Shown here one piece after another: positions 1-9,063 of a DNA stretch of 64,000 nt; the stretch's first letter is position 1; each line of letters opens with the position of its first letter. The notes beneath the pieces are model-generated. The model was not told where the DNA came from. It did not search any database and saw nothing but the letters and a program-made list of their open reading frames with translations. Origin of the DNA: Glycera tridactyla (taxonomy: Eukaryota); NCBI GenBank assembly GCA_965644265.1, contig OZ286467.1:16492001-16556000 (forward strand), read 5' to 3'. The translations under genes were made by a program, and so were the position numbers.

Positions 1-3000
1 GATATATAAACATTTGTAGTCTGATCAGAAAGTTGGAAGATGTGAAGATACTCCTCTATAGAAGCAAACTAGATGTACTTATAATTGGCGAGACTTTTCT
101 AAATCACTCTATTAATGATCAAGAATAAAATATTAATAATTACAACATGTATCGTATGGACAGAGATTTGGGTCAGGGGAAAAGGGGTGGAGGTGGGATT
201 GTTGCATATACTAGAGAGGACAGACATATAGATTATATAGTAGATTGGAACCTCTGTACCCCAGACTGGGAATATATTTGGTTGAAATTGTCATTGAAAG
301 ATACCCGTCCAACTTATATCTGTGGGATTTACAGACCACCTGATGGAAATGTCCAGAATGCCCTGGATCTACTGGACAATAAATATGTTGATATATGTAC
401 ATCTGGAAACCAAGATACCTTAATGATTGGAGACACTAATATTGATATGCTTTCTAATAATTTACAAAAAAGGAAACTGAATGATTTCATGAAACAAAAT
501 TGTTTGAAACAACAAATTGATACTCCAACAAGAGTGACAAACAGATCAAGTACCCTTATAGATCATATTATAACAAATAATCCTGAACAATATTACAACT
601 GTGGCGTTATCGATCTTGGTGTCTCCGACCATGCCTTGATATTTGCTATCAGAAAAAAGGAAAAACTTCCTCGCACCAGCCATTATCAAACTTTTCGTGA
701 TTACAGAAATGCAAATTTTGAAAAAATTAACCAATTGGTGCAGGAAACAGATTGGACGCATTTTTATAATTGCAACAATGTTAATGATGCAATTGAGATT
801 TTTTATAACAAAGTTCAACCTATTTTTGATAACAATGTCCCATTGAAAAGAGTGAAGGTTTATGACAATGGCCCAGCATGGATGACCGGAGATTACCACT
901 GTCTCATTGATGACAGGGAGAGGGCAAGTAGGTTGAAAAGATTATCACCAACGGAAGAGAATTGCCGTAATAAGGATAGAATTCAAAAAGAAGCTCGAAA
1001 GTTAAAGATCACACTTCAACGGGATTATTTAAAAAATAAATTACATGAAAATAAAAATGATCCGAAAAAGATATGGCAAACCATCAAAACCTTCTGGCCA
1101 TCTGGCAGTAAGAAAACATCGATCGAGAATATCAACGGAAACTCTGATAATAAGCTTATGGCAAATGATATTAACACCTTTTTTAGCGAAGTGGGAGAAA
1201 AATTATTAGAGCAAATTCAGAAAATAGACTTAGACCCATTAGGAAACTTGAGGTGCAATTTACTGAACACCTTCTCCCTGTCAGAAATATCCACTGATAA
1301 TGTTTCCAAAGTAATATCACAAATCCAAGTGTGTAAGGCAGGAAAAGAGGACTTATTGTCGGCCAAATTTGTAAAAAACTGTCAGTCAAGTTTAATTGTT
1401 CCCCTTACTTTTATCTTCAACTTGAGTATGAACACCGGAACATTCCCGGGAAAATGGAAAACAGCTGAAATTGTGCCTCTTTATAAGGAAGGAAGTCATT
1501 CTGAAACTTCAAATTACAGGCCAATAAGTCTACTGGTACCTGCCAGCAAATTACTTGAAAAACTTGTAAAACGCCAGATCTCTGACTATTTTCATAGAAT
1601 GAACTTACTGTGTCGAGAGCAATCAGGTTTCAGGGAGCATCACTCCACTGGGACATGTCTGTTAGAATTCCTAGATAGTATTTATCTTGGTCTCGATGAA
1701 GGAGAACCCAGTGGGGTGATCTTCCTGGACCTGAAAAAAGCTTTCGACACAGTGGACCATGATATACTCATAGGAAAATTGACACGATATGGCTTGGACA
1801 AAATGACCACCAACTGGTGTAGATCGTACCTGAGCGATAGGAAGGGCATTACAAGAGTAAATCAAGTATTATCAGACAGTCGATTTATCAGAAGCGGAGT
1901 ACCCCAAGGGTCCATTCTTGGACTTTTAATGTTCACTATATATGTCAACGATCTCCCATTATATATTCCGAGCTCAAAAGTTAACTTATATGCAGATGAT
2001 ACTGCTATTACTATCACAGACCCGAATCCATTAATTTTGGAACGTAAACTGAATCAAAATCTTTCGATGATTTCGGAATGGTTAGCAGCAAACCGTCTTT
2101 CAACGAACATCAAAAAGACAAAAATCATATTCATAGGAACAAATCATATGCTCTCAAAATGTAAAAATATTCATGTAAAATTTAATAATGAAGACATTGA
2201 AACAACAGATTGCATGAAATACTTGGGTGTCCAAATTGATAGTCGACTGTCCTTTAAGGAACATTCACGGTATATACTTAAAAAGACCATTTACAAGGTC
2301 AGGCTTCTGAACAGACTATGACCTATTCTAGACAAAGAAACTGCACTCATGTTGTACGGGAGCCTGATCTTGCCCATATTTGATTATTGTGACATTGTGT
2401 ATGGTTCCCTGTGTGATAGAGATTCTATGATACTTCAAAGGATTCAAAACTTTGCTCTAAAAACAATAGCGCTGAAACCAAAGAGGTATAATACTGTGGC
2501 TCTACACGAAGAATTGAACACACTACCGCCTGATATTGGGCGTGAACATCATACGCTAATCAAGACATCTTGAATGAAGATACTCCTACGGGTCTTCAAA
2601 GTATGAGTACAAAGGAAAGAAGAGTACATACCCACAATACTAGGCGTTCTACACAAAACTATCTTGAAAAGCCAAAAACAAGACTAAAAAAGTGTGAAAG
2701 TAATTTTTCGCATAGGGCCGCAGTAATCTGGAACAGATATATAGATATAGATCCTGACATGGAGACAGATTCATTAGAAATGTTTAAGAAACGTCTGAAA
2801 AACTTTCAGCATATCTGTTCATACTCATACAAATGTACCTAGGAGATAGAACTCGCGAAACAAACCCCCATTATATATTGAATTTATGTTTTGATTCAAA
2901 TCGATCATGTTAGAATCATAGAATACAATATTCACCGTCTAACCAAATTGTATGCTACTAACAACCTGGATAACATTGTATAAACGTCGTTCTGGAGAAG

Positions 3001-3070
3001 GTCGTTATTTGACGGCTAATTGTTAACATTGTTTTAAAATAAAGTTTTCTATTCTATTCTATTCTATTCT
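1..3070 (+). mobile_element. LINE A: CR1/L2-group non-LTR retrotransposon, 3' portion (5' part outside the window)
   Basis: APE-RT coding region from base 3 to 2842, about 200 nt of 3' UTR, AATAAA at 3038-3043, then (ATTCT)x4 tail at 3051-3070; short tandem-repeat tails are typical of CR1/L2 elements. Confidence 0.92.
3..2842 (+). pseudogene. ORF2 (apurinic endonuclease + reverse transcriptase) of LINE A, disrupted
   Basis: Frame open from base 3 (YINICS..GETFLN), premature TAA at 126-128, then APE motifs YRPP, GDTN, LIDHI, SDH and RT motifs FLDLKKAFDTV, GVPQGSILG, YADDT, KYLG. Second stop TGA at 2319-2321 (RL*P where the relatives read IRS/IRP) and a frameshift near 2550 before the C-terminal piece (2570-2842). 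Confidence 0.92.
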
Positions 3071-3338
3071 GTGTGACCTCCAAAGTCTCTCGCTTCTGCC
3101 TTTCTTCCTTTTTCATTCCGGAAGATCTAATTTTCTCGAGCTGATTGACTTAGTATGTCTGGATTGATGGAGTGATGGCCGAGCTGAGCTAACGTACACG
3201 AAACCCGGGGGAGAGTGTCGACGAAAGAATATATGCTTGGATGAGATACACGCAATCGAACCTGATACGAGATTGAAGATAACGGACTGAAGAATCTGAA
3301 TTGGATAACGGTGCGAAGCCCAAACGACAACCGCGAGG

Positions 3339-6092
3339 ATGAAGTTTAAAAATCCATTCAGGCAAGCGAGTCCTCACAAGGTGAGCGAAAATACATCGAG
3401 CATGGAGCTAGGCAATGCAGCGAATAGCATTACTGACGAGATTAGCACAGACAGTACAGAGGGCAATGCTATTCAAACAACAACACCGAAACAGACTCCC
3501 ATGCTAAAGTCGGTCACGCAAGAAGGATCGCCACGGGCTCAATGCCTGCTAGACAACAACTGTTATGAGCAGGGGGGTCACTCACTAAAAAACCTGACGA
3601 CAGCCCCAGCGCTATGCCGGGGTGCTCAAGATGACTTCTCGCCAAACAGTGCTAACACCGCATCCCCTGCACTATGCCGGGGTGATACAACTGAGATTCC
3701 TAAGGGCAACAAAGTGTGGACATCATCCCCAACGCTATGCTGGGGTGAACCAAATCTTAGCCCCTGTGGAGCGACTGGCCCTCTTAACTCCTTAGCAGAA
3801 TCTGTTTCTGAAGCTCTGGAAGTAGGCCAGGATGAATACAGAGGCACTGACGGAGAACAAGGCGAGATACAAGGAAATCTGCATGCAAATATAGAGAGTA
3901 TGACCCTAAACTTTCTGCAAAAATCAGAAGTGCACCCCCAAAAGAAGAGGCAACTAGATGACACAGCAGTAGATACTAGACTGAAAGATACAGGGAATGA
4001 CATTGATGATAAATGTCTGCCTAACTTCAGTATCTTTAATATTGCTAAACGTAATCCACTGTCTGAATCTGGGAGATCCCAAAGTTGCTTCAACCTAGAA
4101 CAATCTGAATATCGAAATAAGGGAGATAACAGACCAACCCAAGATGATCATTCACTAGGGTACTCAGATGAAGCATTCATGAGCCTACTTCAACCGTCAT
4201 CAAAATATAAAAACATGGCGCTGTCCCTACCAGCATTAAAACCTAGACCGAGACGATCGATGGCAAAGACTGAAGCAGGTAAACAGTTGCGTATGTTTGA
4301 TATCTTCAAGCCTGATTCAACACGAAATAAACGAGAACTGGAAGCAGTATCACCTGAACAAATATCTCCACCAGATACCCCTAAAGAGAAGAAAGTGAAT
4401 GCCAAATCAATCCCCCCAGAAGAATGTGCAAAACTGAATCTCTCTGTGAGTGATGATGGTGATTCCGAAATTGACCCAGGCCAACGATCAGTGCAAGTAC
4501 ATGAAGTATCGATGGAAAGTGACATGTTGACCTCGCCAAAACCCACACCAGTGAGCCATGAGCCAATTGTCCCCATGCTGGATGAGACAAAAGACCCACA
4601 ATGGCAAGATAATAGTAGTATATGTACAGTGACTGAGCCAAAATATACTGATACAGCACGTAGTAGGCTAGACGTGAACGTAAAGGAGGAGATAAAGGCG
4701 GAGCTCTATGTGATCATTAAAGCAGAGCTTCGACAAGAAATTATTCATGAACTGCGCCATGAAATAAAAACGGAAATCAAAACTGAAATACAAAATGAAC
4801 TTGCAAGTCAAGATGACGTAACGAAGAATATCACTACCCAAACGAAGATCGAGGACCTTGAAAAGAAAGTGAAGAATATGAAGCTTATGTGTGATGGCGA
4901 AAAGATAAAGAAAATGGGAGAAGACATGGAAAAGAAGATAAAGGAGGCTGATCAAGGATTAAAAAGAGTGAAAGAAGAAACAGTTAATGAAGTCGGGAGG
5001 GAATTAGTAGCATTGAACCTGAAAATAGAAACATTAAGTAAAAAGGTTCAAAATCAAACTGCTCAGCATAGGACTGAAACAATATCACAAGAAGACCTAG
5101 GAGTGCCTGGTCCAGCAATACAATGTGTGAACTGCTCATCTATAGAGCAACTACAATCAAGAGTCGAAAACTTAGAAATAATGGACCGGCTTAGTAGCCT
5201 CGTGCTTGAAGGTGTGCCAATAGATCCCAATTACTCCATTAGTGAAAATGTGGGATACTGTATCAATAGCTACCTGGATCTAAATCTAGGGCAAGAACAT
5301 ATTATCAAATGTTCATTTCTGGGTAGGCCAGGAAAAGGCCAACGACCAATACTGGTAAGATTCAATAACGTTCACCTCAAACGCCGTATATTTAGACTCA
5401 AAAGCAGATTTCGGGGATCTGACATATTTGTGAAGGAATTCCTCACAACCAAAAATAATAGGATCATGTACGGGGCGAGAGGGGCAGGGAAGAGAAATAT
5501 CTTCACGAGGGTGTGGACTCATGATGGACTGGTATGGGCTAGAAGAAATGATGAAACGAACCCAGAACTTGTCACTGAACAAACAGATATGACTACAACT
5601 CCAACACCCTCAGCACCGCCTCCCTCAAATATAACTCAAAACCATATTGACCACCGAGAGCCACCAGCAAACAATACAGACGGAACACAGAACCCCACTA
5701 TGCAGCAATCACACCTGGAAAGGGGTGGGGAAAAATACTCTATCTCTGGTCAAACCAATAAACAAATACAACACGTACAGATACAAGGGGGGGAGGGGGT
5801 GAAAGGCAACTCAGTTGAATCAATCTATATAAGACAAACACAACAATACAATAATCAATACCCAGGGGGGAACAACAACTATAGAATAAATTATCAAAAT
5901 GGACCTCGATACCCGGGAAGTAGCACCCTGAGACCAGAAGCGCCAGTATACGTTCCTATAGGAGGGACAAACGTACCTCAAATGCCCAACACGCTACAAT
6001 CAATGCGACCGCAAAACCTGATACGTCAACTAATGCCCGCATCCGGAGCTTGGTCACGCCCGCTACGCCCTTACGGAATAACACACTACTAA
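3339..6092 (+). CDS. LINE B ORF1 protein: disordered N-terminus, coiled coil, L1-type RRM + CTD, Q/N/P-rich tail (917 aa, intact)
   Basis: Heptad region (KAELRQEIIHELRHEIKTEIKTEIQNEL..IEDLEKKVKNMK), then LEIMDRLSSLVLEGVP..LGRP..RPILVRF..GSDIFVKEFLT..VWTHDGLVW, the pattern of L1/Crack-type ORF1p RRM-CTD. Hand count 59/128 identities, ungapped, to the LINE C ORF1 core. Confidence 0.85.
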   Translation: MKFKNPFRQASPHKVSENTSSMELGNAANSITDEISTDSTEGNAIQTTTPKQTPMLKSVTQEGSPRAQCLLDNNCYEQGGHSLKNLTTAPALCRGAQDDFSPNSANTASPALCRGDTTEIPKGNKVWTSSPTLCWGEPNLSPCGATGPLNSLAESVSEALEVGQDEYRGTDGEQGEIQGNLHANIESMTLNFLQKSEVHPQKKRQLDDTAVDTRLKDTGNDIDDKCLPNFSIFNIAKRNPLSESGRSQSCFNLEQSEYRNKGDNRPTQDDHSLGYSDEAFMSLLQPSSKYKNMALSLPALKPRPRRSMAKTEAGKQLRMFDIFKPDSTRNKRELEAVSPEQISPPDTPKEKKVNAKSIPPEECAKLNLSVSDDGDSEIDPGQRSVQVHEVSMESDMLTSPKPTPVSHEPIVPMLDETKDPQWQDNSSICTVTEPKYTDTARSRLDVNVKEEIKAELYVIIKAELRQEIIHELRHEIKTEIKTEIQNELASQDDVTKNITTQTKIEDLEKKVKNMKLMCDGEKIKKMGEDMEKKIKEADQGLKRVKEETVNEVGRELVALNLKIETLSKKVQNQTAQHRTETISQEDLGVPGPAIQCVNCSSIEQLQSRVENLEIMDRLSSLVLEGVPIDPNYSISENVGYCINSYLDLNLGQEHIIKCSFLGRPGKGQRPILVRFNNVHLKRRIFRLKSRFRGSDIFVKEFLTTKNNRIMYGARGAGKRNIFTRVWTHDGLVWARRNDETNPELVTEQTDMTTTPTPSAPPPSNITQNHIDHREPPANNTDGTQNPTMQQSHLERGGEKYSISGQTNKQIQHVQIQGGEGVKGNSVESIYIRQTQQYNNQYPGGNNNYRINYQNGPRYPGSSTLRPEAPVYVPIGGTNVPQMPNTLQSMRPQNLIRQLMPASGAWSRPLRPYGITHY

Positions 6093-6375
6093 CGTGACCT
6101 GAATATTAGAATCGGAACGTTGTTCAATATCATGGCCGAAATACCTATATACCGCCGAAATTTCATTAGACGACCAGCACCGAAACTAGTGAGTAAATCA
6201 TTTATGTGCGTTATTGCATAGTTACAAGTAAACTGAACGAGAATCGATGATACTGTGTCGCAACAAAGTAGGTTCACCGCAGGATGAACAAGTGGGTCAA
6301 CCCAGTCATGCATGAGCAGTCAAACTGAATCGAGACCTGATGAGGTCAATAGTGTGCACAGCTGATATCAGTATG

Positions 6376-6545
6376 CAGTCGAGCCTGTCTGTGGAGGCCG
6401 CCTTTAGTTGCATCGTGAGGTGTGGGCGGGTAATCTTTGTGGGGAGGTTATTTGCTCATGGGAATACTGTCACGGTCCAGGCTCAGAGCGGTCTTTATAA
6501 GAGGTGGTCTTTGTGGAGAGATGGTCTTTGGAGAGGGTTCGACTG
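6376..6545. mobile_element. About 170-bp Tc1/mariner-pogo-like MITE inserted in LINE B between ORF1 and the SGNH ORF
   Basis: Ends CAGTCGAGCCT...GGGTTCGACTG, flanks TG (mutated TA) and TA, internal GAGGTGGTCTTT repeats; same family as 48563-48739 and 62841-63016. Confidence 0.8.
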
Positions 6546-6663
6546 TACATGTAATCTAACACCGAATAATTGTTACAGTTCTCTTTAAAATATTTCCAAC
6601 TGTAAATTACTAAATTAATAAATGATCCGATCATTGGTGATCTAATCTGATCAGAAAAATTAG

Positions 6664-7547
6664 ATGGTAAAGTTCTCTAAATTGGATAGATATTAAAACG
6701 ATTGCGTCCTATTTATTCACAGGAATGCTCGGTCGGAGACGTAAACCAAGCGAGGCAACGACTGTATCCCACGGGCCCGGACCGACTCCATTGCGCCAAA
6801 AAGGTACTCGACAACTATGGTAGGCCGAATATACTGTTTGTGGGCAGCTCCCATATTAGACGCCTGGAAAGCGCAATCAGCGAATTCCCTCGTGAGAATG
6901 ACATCGAGCCCTTCATTAGGAGCAGGAGATCGCTAGGAGTGGGAGGGACCAAATTTTGGTCACTGATGGCCAACCTAAGAGGAGAGGAAATGAGCCCAGA
7001 AAAGTTTCAAGAATATGGGGACCAATGGACACCTCTCATTGCTAGCAATTGGACACCTGATTACATAGTGATCATTGTTGGCGGCAATGACTGCGACGAC
7101 GTGTACTCCCACACACTGAGTATCAAGAATGTGTTCGATCCACCTGCGCAGCAATCAATAATCAAAACAGACATGATGCGTTGGGAAACTGAGTTATACC
7201 CTGAATTGGTCGCAATGGTCCATACCCTAGCAACAGCTTTCCCTGAGGCGCAAATGGCGCATGTCCCAATTTTTCCACGAAAGTGGTGGGATAAAGAAGC
7301 CCGTGATATGCTTCACCACTGTAACTTCAAATTTCATCGTGAGATACGATCCATGTATAAGATCAAGCCACTAGAAACCAGGCACCTATATAAAGATGTT
7401 AAGAAACCAAGTATCCCGAGCGGTGAACATGACGATATCTTACCAGGGCTCCTAAGAAAGGACAATATTCACTTAAGCTCAAAGGGTTATCAAGTAATGC
7501 TTCGTGATATGATACCATCCATTATGGATTTTTGGAAGTCAAAATAG
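6664..7547 (+). CDS. Free-standing SGNH/GDSL hydrolase (esterase) ORF of LINE B; probable 1-nt frameshift just after the start
   Basis: Blocks I-V present: LFVGSSH (catalytic Ser), GVGG, VGGND, DNIH. The tracked ORF begins at TTG 6702 with no in-frame ATG before block I. ATG 6664 (MVKFSKLDR) joins the frame if one A is restored at about 6691. Homologous to the LINE C SGNH ORF, including the N-terminal lead-in S..D...A...L.P..P.RL..A...L...G.P..LFVG.SH. Confidence 0.85.
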
Positions 7548-9063
7548 GCTGAAATTTGACGCATTTGCTAAATAACTCTCAAGGAAAATCAATAATAGCG
7601 CACAGGAGAAATAGTGAATACAAGGGGCCTGAGATGAGACTAGAAATACCACAACTTCCACCACGATCGCAAACACTACCATCACCACTGTCACTACCGC
7701 CACCACCATGAACACCACCACTACCGCCACTAGAACCGATAACACCACTTCTATCAAAACCGCCACCAACGCAACGACAACCACGATCACTAATGCCAAT
7801 TCTGTGTATGCAATGAAAACCCACCATCACTGGCATACCTATGATATGTCTTGATATTTGTTTGGAAATGCTTGAACTCAATGTATAACTCGCTGTGGCG
7901 TACTAACCAAGATGTATTGAAATCCTGCTGTAAATTATACATGTACTATTGATTATGTCTGAAACTAAAATTGTATTGTACTGTATGAATCATGAACAAA
8001 GCTCTGCAACCGATGAATGTACAACTGCCACCATCGACACCAGTATCAGCGCGAACCACCAACACCACCATTGCCAACAACAGCGCGAACAATATCATTC
8101 ACATCACCGCGCCCGACAATATATTCAGAATTGCTACCACAACTAGAAATATTAAATACTATTATATATATTTTTTCTTACAATACGATCAGTGAATAGA
8201 CAACCAGACTCACATGGTGTCTCATGTGGTTGCCATTGTAAAGCGCATATGATTATCATGTGAATAACTCCACTAACATTGATTGTCTCATAAAAAACAC
8301 TTCTCTTGACTAATCTATGACACACTTGTAATACCTGATACTTCCTTTTAACAGGAAATATCTCAAGATTAATATCCACCATATGATAACATGAATGTGA
8401 TGAACAATACATGATGTGTGCACTTGGCAAATTAGAACACCTCAGAGTAGGTGGTATATTGTAAGTTTTCCCAAACAGGTGAAGCGCAGAATCATAACGG
8501 CCCGCTGCAAGGTCTAATACGAACAGACCGTCTGCAGTTCGGGACTCGCTGCTTCCCGCGCATAACTGACCCATGACAGTTGTGTGAATGCACAATAGCC
8601 ATAGATGGCACTTTCAATACGGATTGTCTGAATGATCGAATAAATGTGGAATGAGAGTCAACTAAATTCTGTATGCCAGACGTATGACATTACATGAGTG
8701 AATATGCTATGCGCCTAAATTTGAATGCAGGGCGTATGAGATTATATGTGTGAATATGCTATACACCAGCTAGATACCACAATTCTATCATTGTTCAGTA
8801 TAAGTGAGCGGAACTGCAGTAATTGTCTAAGTACAGAAATATAAATATCAATAACCAGGTTAAGGAAATATCAAATGCACTCTCCCCCCGCATCTCCATC
8901 ATTACTAACTCATAGTTCTTCCCGGGATCCTAACCTATCAGATAAGAAGTATACTAAACTGCGAAAATTGAGTAAAATCTAAAATATACGTCAGGCAAAG
9001 TTTACAGGACCGTGAAAGTCATCCCCTCCAAGTTAACCTTTCTAGGGGATAGAAGGAACTAAT

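Noticed and set aside
7539-7881. Hydrophobic Val-rich and Gly-rich minus-strand ORFs
   Set aside because: Antisense shadows of the ACC-rich tract (GGT/GTG codons).
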